Below, in pieces: positions 1 to 11,732 of a stretch of DNA of 64,000 bases. Each line of letters opens with the position of its first letter. Positions within the stretch are counted from its first letter, which is position 1. The stretch is taken from the NCBI GenBank assembly GCA_963666365.2, contig CAXXNF010000002.1:960001-1024000 (forward strand). The letters are read 5' to 3'. Under the pieces are notes generated by a model. It saw nothing but the letters and a program-made list of their open reading frames with translations. It made no database searches and was not told where the DNA came from. Both the position numbers and the translations under genes were made by a program. This DNA is from Syntrophales bacterium (GTDB lineage: Bacteria; Desulfobacterota; Syntrophia; Syntrophales; UBA2210).

Positions 1-11
1 GGAAGAATTCA

Positions 12-1106
12 TTGATGCCATTGCAGATCGACTCCACTCAAAAAAAGGCCGATAAGCCTGATTTGAAGGATATGACCCTGGAGGAGATGGAGGAATTCAT
101 CTCCCGGCTCGGCAAGGAACGGTACCGCGCCCGGCAGCTTATGAAGTGGATGTACCAGTCCGGCGCCACCGATTTCGATGACATGACGAACCTGTCGAAG
201 GAATTCAGAAAAAATATAAAAGGACTGGCACGGGTCAGTGCGCTCTCTTTGGAGGAAGTGCAGAAATCGGCGGACGGCACAAAAAAGGCACTTTTTCGTC
301 TTGACGACGGCAACTACATAGAAAGCGTGCTCATTCGAGAGATGAACCACTGGACGCTCTGCATTTCCACCCAGGTGGGGTGTCCCATGGGATGTGCATT
401 CTGTCTGACGGGAAAGCAGGGATTTACACGGAATCTGCGTCCTTCTGAAATTGTCGGTCAGATCACGGCACTCCGCTTCGGCACTCCCGAGGGGGCAACA
501 ATTAAAAATATCGTCATGATGGGCATGGGGGAACCCCTGCTCAACTATGACAATATTCTCAAGGCCATCGAAATTATGACCCTGGATGTGGGACTGCTCA
601 TGTCCAGAAGAAGAGTCACCGTGTCAACCTGCGGCATTGTTCCCATGATCTACCGACTGGGCAAGGATATCTGCGTGAACCTTGCCGTGTCGCTCAACGC
701 ACCCGACAATGCCACACGGAACATGCTTATGCCGATAAACAAGACCTACCCCCTTGAAGCGTTGATCGAGGCATGTCGGACCTACCCCATGCCGCGCCGC
801 CGAAGGATCACCTTCGAATACATCCTGATAGGGGGCGTCAATGATTCTCCCGTCCATGCAAAAAAAGTGGCGGCCCTGATCAGGGGGGTGCGGTGCAAAT
901 TCAATCTTATCAGATTTAATGAATATCCGGGGAGTCCCTTCAGAACATCGCGGGATGAAGATGTGGCCGCCTTTCAGGAACTGCTGGTAAAACAGGGATA
1001 CACTGCCGTGATACGAAAGAGCAAAGGGCGGGACATTCTGGCGGCTTGTGGACAACTGAGCGGAAAGAAAAACAGCGGCGATCCTCAGGCGGATCCATCG
1101 GTGTAA
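12..1106 (+). CDS. rlmN: 23S rRNA (A2503)/tRNA C2-methyltransferase, radical SAM
   Basis: CISTQVGCPMGCAFC radical SAM motif, MGMGEP and C-terminal DILAACGQL. Start is TTG 12 or ATG 15. Confidence 0.95.
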   Translation: MMPLQIDSTQKKADKPDLKDMTLEEMEEFISRLGKERYRARQLMKWMYQSGATDFDDMTNLSKEFRKNIKGLARVSALSLEEVQKSADGTKKALFRLDDGNYIESVLIREMNHWTLCISTQVGCPMGCAFCLTGKQGFTRNLRPSEIVGQITALRFGTPEGATIKNIVMMGMGEPLLNYDNILKAIEIMTLDVGLLMSRRRVTVSTCGIVPMIYRLGKDICVNLAVSLNAPDNATRNMLMPINKTYPLEALIEACRTYPMPRRRRITFEYILIGGVNDSPVHAKKVAALIRGVRCKFNLIRFNEYPGSPFRTSRDEDVAAFQELLVKQGYTAVIRKSKGRDILAACGQLSGKKNSGDPQADPSV

Positions 1107-1272
1107 TCAAATATTATCCTTATTTATCAAAGAGTTGTAGCCCACGATGTTTCACATGAAGAAAGGTATGGCATTAAATAGCGCCCTGTGATACAACGCA
1201 CTCTACACAAATGAGGAACCGAATTTCAATAAGTCTTTCACGGTTTCCTGCAAAGGATGCCCACCATATACA

Positions 1273-2247
1273 ATGATGATGTACGCTCACAATGGACAGA
1301 TGCGTTCTTCCGCAGTTCGAGGAAAACAACGCCGCATAAAGACTGCTCGTGCCTTGGCAGCAGCACTTTTCACGGGAATTGCCGTGGTGGAAAAGCTCTA
1401 CCTGCTTTCGCCGTTAATCGCGGGACGCAGACTGAGGCCTGAAATATCCACATTGATGGCTCACCAGCGTTGTGCGGCAGCGCCCTGTGAAAGTGGTGTC
1501 TCATCACTTCGTGTGCTGACGCTGAACACCGCCCATGGAAGAAAGAACAACGCGCACCAGATACTCCAGAAGCGCCCCGCAACCCGCGCCAACCTCGATG
1601 ATATAGCGAAAATATTAAAGAGAGAGCGCCCTGACATTGTCGCGCTTCAGGAAACCGACGGTCCCTCCGTATGGAGTGGCATGTTCGATCATGTTGAGTA
1701 CCTTGCGCAAAAAGCGGACTATCCCTATTCCATCCTCGGCGAGCATGTAAAGGGAAAAAGAAATGTCTACGGTACCGCATTGCTTTCCACCGCACCGCTT
1801 CAGACGCCGGAGTCAATTAAATTTTCGCCTGCGCCGCCAACCTTCTCAAAAGGCGCCGTTATTTCTACAATTCAGTTTCCCGGCAATCATTCCATCGATA
1901 TTGATGTCGTTTCGGTACATCTTGATTTTGCAAGAAAATCCGTAAGAAAGCGGCAGGCCGAGGAACTGACTGACCGCCTTCTCTCCCGGGAACGACCCCT
2001 GATCCTGATGGGTGATTTCAATTGCGAGTGGACATCGGGGGAATCAACGCTTCCCTTCCTTGCCCGCACACTCAATGTAAAGGCATACCGCCCCTACGCG
2101 CAGGATTTAACGACCTATCCGACGTCGGATCGACGTCTCGACTGGATACTCATCTCGCCGGAGCTTGAGTTCATCGATTATCACGTGTTCCACGACACCA
2201 TGTCCGATCACCTGGGCGTGCTCTCAGAAATCGGTTTGGCTATCTGA
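1273..2247 (+). CDS. endonuclease/exonuclease/phosphatase family protein
   Basis: LRVLTLN, DIVALQE, VHL, LMGDFN, LDWI and SDH motifs. The true start is probably downstream of 1273. Confidence 0.85.
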   Translation: MMMYAHNGQMRSSAVRGKQRRIKTARALAAALFTGIAVVEKLYLLSPLIAGRRLRPEISTLMAHQRCAAAPCESGVSSLRVLTLNTAHGRKNNAHQILQKRPATRANLDDIAKILKRERPDIVALQETDGPSVWSGMFDHVEYLAQKADYPYSILGEHVKGKRNVYGTALLSTAPLQTPESIKFSPAPPTFSKGAVISTIQFPGNHSIDIDVVSVHLDFARKSVRKRQAEELTDRLLSRERPLILMGDFNCEWTSGESTLPFLARTLNVKAYRPYAQDLTTYPTSDRRLDWILISPELEFIDYHVFHDTMSDHLGVLSEIGLAI

Positions 2248-4504
2248 TGCTTCTTTCACCCGATTGCCGCCACAGGCGCCGCAAACGAAGCGAGTTGCTC
2301 ACCACCGATACGGAACTGAGCGCCATGGCAACAGCCGCAAACATGGGATTTAATAATATGCCGAAAAAGGGGTAAAGGATCCCCGCGGCAATTGGAATTC
2401 CCATACTGTTGTAAAAAAACGCCCAGAAGAGATTCTGTCTGATAACCCGCATGGTCAATTCCGAAAGCGCAATAGCCTCCACAACAAGGGTAAGATCGTT
2501 TCTCATGAGGGTAATGTCGCTTGCCTCGGCGGCGATATCCGTTCCTGCGCCAATGGCAATCCCGATATCAGCCGCAGCCAGTGCAGGGGCATCATTGATG
2601 CCGTCACCCACCATGGCGACAACCCGGTTTTCCTCCTGCAGCAACCTGATCTTGTCCGCCTTTTCCCCGGGAAGCACTTCCGCCTCAACATGATCGATTC
2701 CTACAGCCCGTGCTGTCATGGTCGCTGTTTCCTTATGATCGCCGGTAATCATGGCCACGTAAAGTCCTCTTTCTTTTAATCGAGACACCGCATCGCGGGC
2801 CGATTCTTTCGGCGCATCGGCAAAGGCGAGCACTCCCGCCGGTTTTCCGTCAAGAACGACATAGGCAATGGTCTTCCCCTGGCCGATCAGTGAAGCGGCC
2901 TCTTTTTCAAGGCCTGCTGTCGAAACCCCTTCCTGTAAAAGAAGCTTTCCACTCCCCACCAGAACATGCATGCCTTTGACAATGCCCCGGGCCCCAAGAC
3001 CCGAAAGCGCGATAAATTCTTCCACAGGCAGAGAGGGAAGCCCCGTCTCGCGGGCGCGTATGGAAATAGCTGCGGCAAGTGGGTGTTCGGAGACCGACTC
3101 TATGGAATGCACCATCTGCAATAGTGTATTCGAATCAATGCCGGAGACAGGAATCACGTCCGTCACCACCAGTTCTCCTTTTGTTAACGTCCCTGTTTTG
3201 TCGAAGACAACGGCATCGAGCTTGTACGCTTTTTCGAGGGTTTCGCCTCCTCTGATCAGAATGCCGCTCTCCGCGCCCAAACCCGTCCCCACCATCACCG
3301 CCGTCGGCGTTGCCAGCCCCATTGCGCAGGGGCAGGCAATGATCAGCACGGACACGAAATTGAGAAGCGCCCGGCTGAAATCGGCGCCGGGGACCACCAC
3401 AAACCAGATCACAAAAGTGAGTACCGAGACGGCAAGAACCACGGGGACGAACACGGATGCTACCTTGTCCGCAAGACGTTGAATTGGCGCCTTCGATCCC
3501 TGCGCCTCCTCCACAAGACGGATAATCTGCGCCAGGGCCGTTTCTGCACCAACGGCTGTTGCCTGGAAGGAAATGCTCCCGTTTTGGTTAACGGTACCGC
3601 CGAAAACAGCATCACCTTCCTTTTTTTCGATGGGAAGGCTTTCACCGGTCAGCATGGATTCATCGACGGTAGAGCGTCCCTTCACTACCCGGCCATCAGT
3701 GGGAATCTGTTCTCCGGGGCGTACAAGAACTAAGGCGCCCCTGTGCAGGGCATCAATGGGAATATCCCTTTCTTCCCCATCGATGATCACGCGTGCCGTC
3801 TTCGGTTTCAGTGTAAAAAGGTTTTTTATTGCCTCTGAAGTGCTGCCCCTTGCCTTCGCCTCAAGAAGGCGACCGAGAAGCACCAGCGTGACAATCATGG
3901 CTGCGCCATCGAAATATACATGTGGATAGGCGCCGGCCTTCAAAAAGAAACCGGGGAACAGCGTTGCCCACACCGAAGATATATAAGCCGAAAGCGACCC
4001 GATGGTCACGAGGGTATTCATGTCGAAGGTTTTCTGGCGTAAAGCCTTCAACGCCCCGATAATAAATCTGTTTCCCACCCAGAAGATAACGGGGAAGGTC
4101 ATAACCGCCAGCACATACAGCATCATCCGCCGCGGAATATGAACAAGAAAAGGGAACCAGTCCTGCATGGTCCCCATCATGATGCATAAACTCAGCACCG
4201 CACCCACGGACACCTTGCGGACCAGATCCTTTGTCTCCCCTTTCCGGGCCGCCTCAATAGCTCTGTTCGTGGTGTCGCGATCGGAACCGTCTCCTGTCGC
4301 TATAACTTCATAGCCCAGGCTCACCACCTTGTCCCTGAGTACCTCTTCATCAACCACTGCGGGATCGAAATTCACCGAAGCCGTCTCGGAGGCAAAGTTC
4401 ACCGAGGCCGACTCGACCCCATCCAGCGCTCTCAACCCCTCTTCCACACGACGCACACAGGAAGCGCAGCTCATTCCCTGAATATGAAGCTTTTTCTCAG
4501 CCAA
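2240..4504 (-). CDS. copA: copper-translocating P1B-type ATPase
   Basis: GMSCASC HMA domain, [25 protein letters not shown] and YN motif. Confidence 0.93.
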   Translation of the reverse strand: MAEKKLHIQGMSCASCVRRVEEGLRALDGVESASVNFASETASVNFDPAVVDEEVLRDKVVSLGYEVIATGDGSDRDTTNRAIEAARKGETKDLVRKVSVGAVLSLCIMMGTMQDWFPFLVHIPRRMMLYVLAVMTFPVIFWVGNRFIIGALKALRQKTFDMNTLVTIGSLSAYISSVWATLFPGFFLKAGAYPHVYFDGAAMIVTLVLLGRLLEAKARGSTSEAIKNLFTLKPKTARVIIDGEERDIPIDALHRGALVLVRPGEQIPTDGRVVKGRSTVDESMLTGESLPIEKKEGDAVFGGTVNQNGSISFQATAVGAETALAQIIRLVEEAQGSKAPIQRLADKVASVFVPVVLAVSVLTFVIWFVVVPGADFSRALLNFVSVLIIACPCAMGLATPTAVMVGTGLGAESGILIRGGETLEKAYKLDAVVFDKTGTLTKGELVVTDVIPVSGIDSNTLLQMVHSIESVSEHPLAAAISIRARETGLPSLPVEEFIALSGLGARGIVKGMHVLVGSGKLLLQEGVSTAGLEKEAASLIGQGKTIAYVVLDGKPAGVLAFADAPKESARDAVSRLKERGLYVAMITGDHKETATMTARAVGIDHVEAEVLPGEKADKIRLLQEENRVVAMVGDGINDAPALAAADIGIAIGAGTDIAAEASDITLMRNDLTLVVEAIALSELTMRVIRQNLFWAFFYNSMGIPIAAGILYPFFGILLNPMFAAVAMALSSVSVVSNSLRLRRLWRQSGERSIR

Positions 4505-4694
4505 GCCTGTATCCCGCCTTTTCCAGGTGCTCCTTTATAATCTCCTTTGATACCGGCGACATTTCATCAAATGTCGCCTCCCCGTTCGCCAGATCGACCT
4601 TGACGTGTGCAATCCCCTCAATGTCCTCCAGTGCCTTTTTCACTGCCATCACACAGTGCCGGCATGACATACCCTCGATCTTGATGTTTTTCAT
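4497..4694 (-). CDS. copZ: copper chaperone (HMA domain, CopZ-like)
   Basis: 65 aa with GMSCRHC, overlapping the copA start. Confidence 0.85.
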   Translation of the reverse strand: MKNIKIEGMSCRHCVMAVKKALEDIEGIAHVKVDLANGEATFDEMSPVSKEIIKEHLEKAGYRLG

Positions 4695-5003
4695 TTTTTA
4701 TCTCCCCGATAAATTTCCCGTTCATAAATAAAGGCAACCTCTTTGTTGCCTGTGATTTTACATTGATTATGCTGAGATTACCAGGACCAACGTGAGCACA
4801 GCTGCCCATGTGAATAGCTGTAAAAACCATAGGACACTGCCACGGGAGGCATCTTCAAGGGCCTCTTTCTGCTTGACCAGGCATGTTTTTTTGTATATTT
4901 ATAAAAACATTGAAAAAATAGCCTATAAGGCAATTGTTGTTCCCTCGATATTTCGAAGGACGTTCCTCAAACTATTAATTTCTGGCAGATGGAGGTAGAA
5001 AGA

Positions 5004-5528
5004 ATGGATCAGAACGATCGTTTAAACGCCCTTGAGATTGCGCTCAAAAACGAAGCCCGGGAACGGGAATTTTATCTCCTTCAGGCGGAACGGACGAGCA
5101 ATCCCTTGGGCAAAGCTATGTTCAAAGAAATTGCCGATGATGAGCTTGAACATTACGAGCGACTTACAAAACTGCACGAGGCATGGGAAAAGGAGGGGCA
5201 GTGGCCCGAAACGATTCCTCTTGAAGTTAAGCGTACGAACGTCAAGGATGTGCTTAAACAATTCGTGTCGAATGCAGCCAAACTGCCGGCCGGCGATACC
5301 GACGATCTGAAGGCAGTACGCACCGCCATCGACTTTGAAGCCAAGGGAGTGGAATTTTACGGTCGTCTTCGGGATGGCGTGGCTGATCTCAGAGAAAAGA
5401 AATTCTTCGATCTCCTTGTGTCAATAGAAAATGAGCACTATCTCTCCCTAAAAGAAACGGAAGAGTTCCTGACTGATCCGGCCTCGTGGTACCGTTTGAA
5501 GGAACGCCACACTCTTGACGGAGCTTAA
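5004..5528 (+). CDS. ferritin-like/rubrerythrin family protein
   Basis: Duplicated E...FY...ExxH pattern (ELEH, ENEH). GGAGG lies 8 nt before ATG 5004. Confidence 0.8.
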   Translation: MDQNDRLNALEIALKNEAREREFYLLQAERTSNPLGKAMFKEIADDELEHYERLTKLHEAWEKEGQWPETIPLEVKRTNVKDVLKQFVSNAAKLPAGDTDDLKAVRTAIDFEAKGVEFYGRLRDGVADLREKKFFDLLVSIENEHYLSLKETEEFLTDPASWYRLKERHTLDGA

Positions 5529-5647
5529 TTGGAAAAGAGGGATTGCTGCTGGAGGAGCGCGGGCAGGACTGCAGCCCAGTAAAAGCTTGCCCATTGTTCC
5601 ATCATTGTGATAACTCTACCCCGCATTTACTATCGGTGAGGTGAATC

Positions 5648-6460
5648 ATGAAAAAGATGAGTCTCTATGCAGTAAGCATTCTGTTGCTGCTTATCGGAGC
5701 AACATCGGCCCTTGCCCAGCCGAAAACGGATTGGCTGGAGATAGGAAAGGCAGCCGAAATGGAACATCAATATGAAGCTGCGATTGTCGCCTACACGGAG
5801 GCTATCAAACTCAGTCCATCGTCTCCGAACCCATACTTCAACCGTGCGCGACTGAACTATCGTTTGAACCCTACTGAATGCGTGTCGGCGTTACACGATC
5901 TGAATAAAGCCATAAGCCTTGACCCGGGCAATGCCGAAGCCTATTACTTGAGGGGACTCGTCAACTTTTACATGCTCAACAATGACAGCGGTAGAAAAAA
6001 CATGGAACTGGCGGCGGCGCTGAGACACGAAAAAGCCTATGCGTTTCTTCATCCTCAGGCTTCGGGCGCGAATAAGGGCGGCGCAGTATACGTCAGCCTG
6101 GGCGGCGCCACTTCATCGGGAAAACCGTCGATCATACAATTCGACATCAATAAAATCGACATAAAGGAACCCGACAGGCAACTCCTCGATGCAATCGGAT
6201 CAAAGCTGTCACAGGAGCTCACCACTGTCACCATCTTCATTACCGGTCATACAGACAACACCGGATCTGAGGAATACAACGAATCGCTGTCACTTCGTCG
6301 GGCGGAGGCAGTACAGTCGTACCTTATGGAGCAATCGGGCATCGCACCTGATCGCATTGTAGTGAGGGCCTACGGCGAAACCCTTCCGATTGCGTCCAAT
6401 AAGACAGAAGCGGGACGAGCCCTCAACCGCCGGGCAGACCTCATCGGCGTAAAGAAATAA
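5648..6460 (+). CDS. exported TPR + OmpA-like peptidoglycan-binding protein
   Basis: Signal peptide, TPR-like repeats, then GHTDNTG, LSLRRAEAV, YGE and NRR motifs. Confidence 0.85.
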   Translation: MKKMSLYAVSILLLLIGATSALAQPKTDWLEIGKAAEMEHQYEAAIVAYTEAIKLSPSSPNPYFNRARLNYRLNPTECVSALHDLNKAISLDPGNAEAYYLRGLVNFYMLNNDSGRKNMELAAALRHEKAYAFLHPQASGANKGGAVYVSLGGATSSGKPSIIQFDINKIDIKEPDRQLLDAIGSKLSQELTTVTIFITGHTDNTGSEEYNESLSLRRAEAVQSYLMEQSGIAPDRIVVRAYGETLPIASNKTEAGRALNRRADLIGVKK

Positions 6461-6482
6461 GGAGCCAAGGAGACAATTTGCG

Positions 6483-8057
6483 GTGACACAGGCGAATCTT
6501 GCAGACACAATGCGTAATCCTGCATTCTATCCTCACGGGCCGGCAACGGTGGAGATGGTGCAGACACACATATCATACATCTTCATTGCCGGCGACCTGG
6601 TCTTTAAAGTGAAAAAAGGTGTGGATTTCGGTTTTTTGGACTTCACCACACTTGAAAAGCGTCGCTACTACTGTGAGCAGGAACTCCGACTCAACCAGCG
6701 TCTTGCGCCGGAAATCTACCTCTCGCTGGAGACAATCAGTCAAGCGCCTGATGGTTCGCTTGTGTGGGGCGACAACGGCAACATCGTCGACTATGCAGTA
6801 AAAATGAAAAAGCTCCCCGAAGATCGAATGCTTTACCGACTGCTGAGGGAAGGCGCCGTTACAACCTCCGTCATGGATGAAATTGCGCACCGGGTCTTTC
6901 TTTTTCATGAAAAAGCCGAAACCGGGGGGAAGATTGACCTCGGCGGTAATATCGAAACAATCCGACACAATCACAACGAAAACTTCGAACAGACGGAACC
7001 CTTTGTCAATATAACCATTTCAGAGGAACAGTTCAGCTTTATTAAACATTACGCCCTCTCGTTCATTTCCGACAATGAACCCCTTTTTAAGGCACGCGTG
7101 GATCGGCATCGAATCAGAGACTGTCACGGCGATCTTCACCTTCAACACATATGTATTGCTGACAGCATTCTCATCTTTGACTGTATTGAATTCAATGAGC
7201 GGTTTCGCTACCTCGATGTGGCGGCGGAGACAGCCTTTCTTGCAATGGATCTGGACTTCAACGGCTACGGTGATTTCAGTCGCGCCTTCCTGGATGCCTA
7301 TCTGAAGTATTCGAAGGACTGGGAAATAGAACAACTCGCTAATTTCTACCAGTGCTACTTCGCCTATGTGAGAGGAAAAGTCACGGGGTTCAAAATAAAT
7401 GATCCGGCGATCGGCGCCGAGGAACGGAGCGCTGCAATTGAAACCGCAGCGCGCTATTTCGACCTCGCCTTCCGCTATGCCTCAAAACCAAAGAAACCGG
7501 TCCTGATTCTCATTGCCGGTCTCATGGGAACAGGAAAGAGTGTCCTTGCTCGCTCTTTGGAAACTCCGCTGCAGGCAAAGATTATTCGCAGCGACGTGGT
7601 GCGAAAGGAACTGCTGGACATCTCTCCTCTGGACCATCATTACGATGACTTCGGGAAAGGGATCTATTCACATCACATATCAGAAATGACCTACCACAGG
7701 ATGTTCGATCTGGCGAAAGCATCCCTTCACAGCGGTGAGAACACAATTATCGACGCCTCGTTCAAAGAACGTCATGCGAGAAATGGCGCCCTCGAACTGG
7801 CGCGCAGCCTGGGAATCGATTGCGTTCTTTTCGAATGTACATGCCCCGATGAGATCGTAAAAACACGGCTTGATGATCGAATGAGGGCCGCCGACGAGCC
7901 CTCGGACGGCCGATGGGAAATATTTCAGGCCCAGAAAAAGGATTTCGAACCTATTGCCGAAGAGGATCTGAAGCGCCGTCATGTCGTTATCGACACATCA
8001 CAGAGCCCGACTCAATGTTGCAATAATGCACTGGAAAAGATGAAGGAGTTGCAGTGA
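6483..8057 (+). CDS. aminoglycoside-phosphotransferase-like + AAA_33 P-loop kinase fusion
   Basis: QTHIS, CHGDLHL and DCIEFN motifs, then GLMGTGKS and RSDVVRKEL. Confidence 0.85.
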   Translation: MTQANLADTMRNPAFYPHGPATVEMVQTHISYIFIAGDLVFKVKKGVDFGFLDFTTLEKRRYYCEQELRLNQRLAPEIYLSLETISQAPDGSLVWGDNGNIVDYAVKMKKLPEDRMLYRLLREGAVTTSVMDEIAHRVFLFHEKAETGGKIDLGGNIETIRHNHNENFEQTEPFVNITISEEQFSFIKHYALSFISDNEPLFKARVDRHRIRDCHGDLHLQHICIADSILIFDCIEFNERFRYLDVAAETAFLAMDLDFNGYGDFSRAFLDAYLKYSKDWEIEQLANFYQCYFAYVRGKVTGFKINDPAIGAEERSAAIETAARYFDLAFRYASKPKKPVLILIAGLMGTGKSVLARSLETPLQAKIIRSDVVRKELLDISPLDHHYDDFGKGIYSHHISEMTYHRMFDLAKASLHSGENTIIDASFKERHARNGALELARSLGIDCVLFECTCPDEIVKTRLDDRMRAADEPSDGRWEIFQAQKKDFEPIAEEDLKRRHVVIDTSQSPTQCCNNALEKMKELQ

Positions 8058-8083
8058 GACAGTTCGACAGAGCCGCCTCCGAT

Positions 8084-8767
8084 CTAGTTGTTGGCTTTTT
8101 CCTTCTCGGCTTTTTCAAGTTCCCTTTTCGTCTCGTGAAGAAAATAGCTTACCTTATAGTCAAGGCCTAAGTTTGCGTAGTGCTGCCGCACGTTTTCAAA
8201 TCGAGAAAGAGCGGCGCGGTATTCACCGCGCTTGAAATAGAAATGCCCCACATAAAACTCATGGTCGCCCAGTCTTTTTTTACAATCTCTGAGCCGCTGC
8301 TCCGCCATGAATGAGAATTTACTGCTTGGGAAACGGGAAATCAGTCTTTCAAAGTCTTCTATCGCGATGCGCGTATTCGTCTGATCGCGGTCAATTTCGA
8401 GCATTTGATTGTAATTGCACATGCCAAGCTGATACATGACGTAGGGAAGATTTTCGTTCGTGGGATGGAAATCCATGAAATCCCGGTAATTGGCTTCCGC
8501 CGCCGCATACTCCTCCGCGCTGAAATATGAATCGGCAACTCCCATCTCTGCAAGGATCGCATATTTGCTGAGAGGATATTCCTCTCTCAGTCTCTGAAAC
8601 TCACCAACCGCTTTCTTGTATCTTCCATCCTGGTAGTAGTCAATCCCGTTTCGATAAAGATCTGCCGGCGCGCCTCTTCCCATCGGGGATGATCCCCACC
8701 ACCACGAGCATCCTGAAAGGGTACAGAGCAGGATAAGCCCTGTAATCAGCTTCAATGCACGAACCAT
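8084..8767 (-). CDS. bamD: outer membrane protein assembly lipoprotein BamD
   Basis: Lipobox LSGC, YP.S.Y, HPTNE..PY and DRDQ motifs. Confidence 0.9.
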   Translation of the reverse strand: MVRALKLITGLILLCTLSGCSWWWGSSPMGRGAPADLYRNGIDYYQDGRYKKAVGEFQRLREEYPLSKYAILAEMGVADSYFSAEEYAAAEANYRDFMDFHPTNENLPYVMYQLGMCNYNQMLEIDRDQTNTRIAIEDFERLISRFPSSKFSFMAEQRLRDCKKRLGDHEFYVGHFYFKRGEYRAALSRFENVRQHYANLGLDYKVSYFLHETKRELEKAEKEKANN

Positions 8768-8769
8768 TA

Positions 8770-9102
8770 TTATAAAACCTTTTTCACAAATTCTTCAAAG
8801 CGGTCCTTAGGCGCAAGACCTATCAGGGTGTCTTCAAGTTTTCCATCCTTGAAGAGCATTATGGTCGGGATGCTTCTGATTCCGTAATTTGCCGCAATGT
8901 TAGGGTTTTCATCAACGTTGACTTTCGCCACTTTCAGCCGGCCTTTAAGCTCCTGGGCAAGTTCCTCGATAATGGGACCGACAGCGCGACAGGGCCCGCA
9001 CCAGGGTGCCCAAAAGTCAACGACTATAGGAGTGTTTGATTTTATGACGTCCTTTTCAAAACTATCGTCAGTTACATTGACAATCACATCATCTCCAGCC
9101 AT
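8770..9102 (-). CDS. trxA: thioredoxin
   Basis: WCGPC active site and SIPT. AGGAG precedes ATG 9102. Confidence 0.95.
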   Translation of the reverse strand: MAGDDVIVNVTDDSFEKDVIKSNTPIVVDFWAPWCGPCRAVGPIIEELAQELKGRLKVAKVNVDENPNIAANYGIRSIPTIMLFKDGKLEDTLIGLAPKDRFEEFVKKVL

Positions 9103-9291
9103 ATACCTTACTCCTTTATGCATTACGTGTCTTATTGTGTATATATGTATGCATTCTTTCACAGATTGTCAATTCCTGTCAAACACTATTTGGGGCAATT
9201 GCCCTGGACCGTTTTCTTCGTCCTACAACACTTTGACAGAACCCACAGAATCTGCTAAAAAAGAAATACTGAGACAAAGGCAGGCCGGGAA

Positions 9292-9996
9292 ATGAAAAAA
9301 TTGGGCATAGTGTCTGGTACGGTTTCCCTCAATGATCACATTTTTGAATCCATGGGAACTGAAATTGTTCAAACGGCATATGGCAGCGCCACTGTTCTTT
9401 CCAACGATTTGCTCCTCTATATACCGCGCCACGGCATGGACCCGCACCACCATATTCTCCCCCACATGATTAATCACGCGGCAAACATACAGGCGCTGAA
9501 AGATTTGGGCGCTTCCGAAATAATCGGAATCAATTCTACAGGATCGCTTAAAAGTGCGCTGGCGCCGGGCACTCTTGTTGTTCCTGACGACTTCATCGCC
9601 CTCGCCCCTACGCCGACAATTTTCACTGACATCGCGGCTCATGCACTGCCCCTGCTTGATGAACAGGTCCGTGAACGGCTGGCACTGGCGGCACGGGCCT
9701 GCGGGATGGATCTTCTCACCTCGGCGGTTTATTGGCAGACCGGGGGACCGCGGTTCGAGACAAAAGCGGAGATACGGATGATGGCGCACTACTGTGATAT
9801 TGTAGGAATGACCATGGCGAGCGAGGCCGTCATTTCCTGTGAACTGGAGATTCCCTATGCCGCCATCTGTTCCGTTGACAATTTTGCCCACGGGATCGGG
9901 ACGAAGGCGCTTTCCACAGACGCCGTCAGGGAAGGAGCGCAAAAAAACGCACACAGAATCGCGCTTATCATAAAAGAATACGCCGGCACTTTTTAA
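9292..9996 (+). CDS. MTAP-family purine nucleoside phosphorylase
   Basis: PRHG, GPRFETKAE, VGMT and SVDNFA motifs. Confidence 0.88.
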   Translation: MKKLGIVSGTVSLNDHIFESMGTEIVQTAYGSATVLSNDLLLYIPRHGMDPHHHILPHMINHAANIQALKDLGASEIIGINSTGSLKSALAPGTLVVPDDFIALAPTPTIFTDIAAHALPLLDEQVRERLALAARACGMDLLTSAVYWQTGGPRFETKAEIRMMAHYCDIVGMTMASEAVISCELEIPYAAICSVDNFAHGIGTKALSTDAVREGAQKNAHRIALIIKEYAGTF

Positions 9997-10035
9997 TGTA
10001 GTGATCCATAACACACCTATCTGGAGGAAGACCGT

Positions 10036-10905
10036 ATGAATCTCAAGGGGAGCAAGACAGAAGAAAATCTTCGCCGTGCATTTTCACAGGAATTACGAGC
10101 CTATTTTGAATACCTCTATGCGGCGGAAGCGGCAACGGCCGCCGGATTCGACCTCATAGCCGATGTATTCCACCAGACGGCTCAAAACGAAGCGGAACAT
10201 GCCGAACACGAATTCAATTTCCTTGGAGGGGCCGGCGACATCAAGGCAACCACACTAAGGGCAATCAAGCATGAGGAGGAATCGGTCGCCTTTTACATCG
10301 AGACGGCAAAAGTGGCGGAAGCAGAAGGATTCGCTGAAATCGCGCAATTCTTCCGCAGGATAAGCGTGGTCGAAGCAAAACACAAAGATTCCTTTGAAGA
10401 ACTCCTCAAGGTAGTCGATGAAGGCACGGAAATTAAAGGAAGGACCGTCCGTCATTCCGCCCTTACCATGGCCCAGCTGATGCTGCCGAGCCAGGCGAAT
10501 CCCGCGGGATTTGTCCATGGCGGAGAACTGATGAAGATGATGGACAACGCGGCCGGCGTCACTGCGGCCCGTCACTGCAACTCAAACGTGGTCACGGCGC
10601 TGGTCAATGAAATCAATTTCTTTCATCCCGTGCTGGTGGGATCACTGGTTACGATCAACACCCGCATCACCTTCGTCAGCCGCTCTTCCATGGAAGTGCA
10701 GGTGGAACTCTTTACCGAAAATCTAGAATCCGAAAAACGGTTAAAGGCACTCACGTCCCACTACACCATGGTCGCTGTCGACAACATGGGGCGACCAAAG
10801 CCTATTCCCGAACTGACGCTCTACACGGAGGAAGAGGAAAGATTATTCAACGAAGGAATGACACGCTACAGAGCACGGAAAGAAAAAACATCCAAACCGG
10901 CGTAA
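10036..10905 (+). CDS. rubrerythrin diiron domain fused to hotdog acyl-CoA thioesterase
   Basis: N-terminal LKGSKTEENL..AF..E with EAEH and EAKH. C-terminal ANPAGFVHGG..MKMMD is YciA-type. Confidence 0.8.
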   Translation: MNLKGSKTEENLRRAFSQELRAYFEYLYAAEAATAAGFDLIADVFHQTAQNEAEHAEHEFNFLGGAGDIKATTLRAIKHEEESVAFYIETAKVAEAEGFAEIAQFFRRISVVEAKHKDSFEELLKVVDEGTEIKGRTVRHSALTMAQLMLPSQANPAGFVHGGELMKMMDNAAGVTAARHCNSNVVTALVNEINFFHPVLVGSLVTINTRITFVSRSSMEVQVELFTENLESEKRLKALTSHYTMVAVDNMGRPKPIPELTLYTEEEERLFNEGMTRYRARKEKTSKPA

Positions 10906-11024
10906 TGCCTGCAGCAGGCGCGGCGGATCCCTTTCCTTGAACCCTGGCAACGAGGGGGCGACCCCTGCCCTCGCAGAGGCAGAAAAGAGGCGCCAGTGAG
11001 GGGAGTGTAAAAGAGGCACAGTGT

Positions 11025-11732
11025 GTGACGATAGCGGCGCCCATACTTGTCATAGAAGACGACCTCAAAATCGGCAGGGTCATCAAGGCCTATCTCGAAG
11101 GCGCCGGTTTTTACGTGATCCATCGCGACAATGGGAAGGCTGCCATCGAAAGCGCCCGGAAGCACTCACCTCTGCTGGTAATTCTTGACCTTATGCTTCC
11201 GGACATGCAAGGAGAGGCGGTCTTCGATGAGTTGAAGGGAATGGGTGATTTTCCAATAATTATGGTCACGGCAAAATCATCGGAGGAAGAACGAATTGCC
11301 GGATTCGCCCTCGGCGCCGACGATTATGTCGTCAAGCCCTTCAGCCCCAGGGAACTTGTCTGGAGAGTCAAATCGCTCCTCAAGCGATCCAGTAAAGAAG
11401 CATTTGCCGACACACCGCTGTTGAGCTTCAATGAAGGTACACTGACGCTGGACGGGAGATCCTATGAGACAACCGTCCGTGCGACACAGATGGATCTGAC
11501 GCCCACCGAATTTAAGGTGCTCTTCACCCTCGCCTCCTCTCCCGGCAGAGTATTTACGCGGGACGAACTGGTGGATCATGCGCTGGGGTATCACTTTGAG
11601 GGATATGATCGCACAGTGGACGCGCATATCAAAAATATCCGGCAAAAAATCGAGCGAGACCCCAGGAATCCTGTCTTTATAATTACAATCTACGGGGTAG
11701 GATACCGTTTTTCAGGAAAGCCGGATGGCTAG
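11025..11732 (+). CDS. OmpR-family response regulator
   Basis: EDD, LDLMLP, GADDYVVKPFSPREL and a winged-helix RTVDAHIKNIRQK. Confidence 0.93.
   Translation: MTIAAPILVIEDDLKIGRVIKAYLEGAGFYVIHRDNGKAAIESARKHSPLLVILDLMLPDMQGEAVFDELKGMGDFPIIMVTAKSSEEERIAGFALGADDYVVKPFSPRELVWRVKSLLKRSSKEAFADTPLLSFNEGTLTLDGRSYETTVRATQMDLTPTEFKVLFTLASSPGRVFTRDELVDHALGYHFEGYDRTVDAHIKNIRQKIERDPRNPVFIITIYGVGYRFSGKPDG

Noticed and set aside
1148..1163. parS-like tgtttcacatgaagaa
   Set aside because: It has three mismatches to TGTTTCACGTGAAACA and occurs only once.
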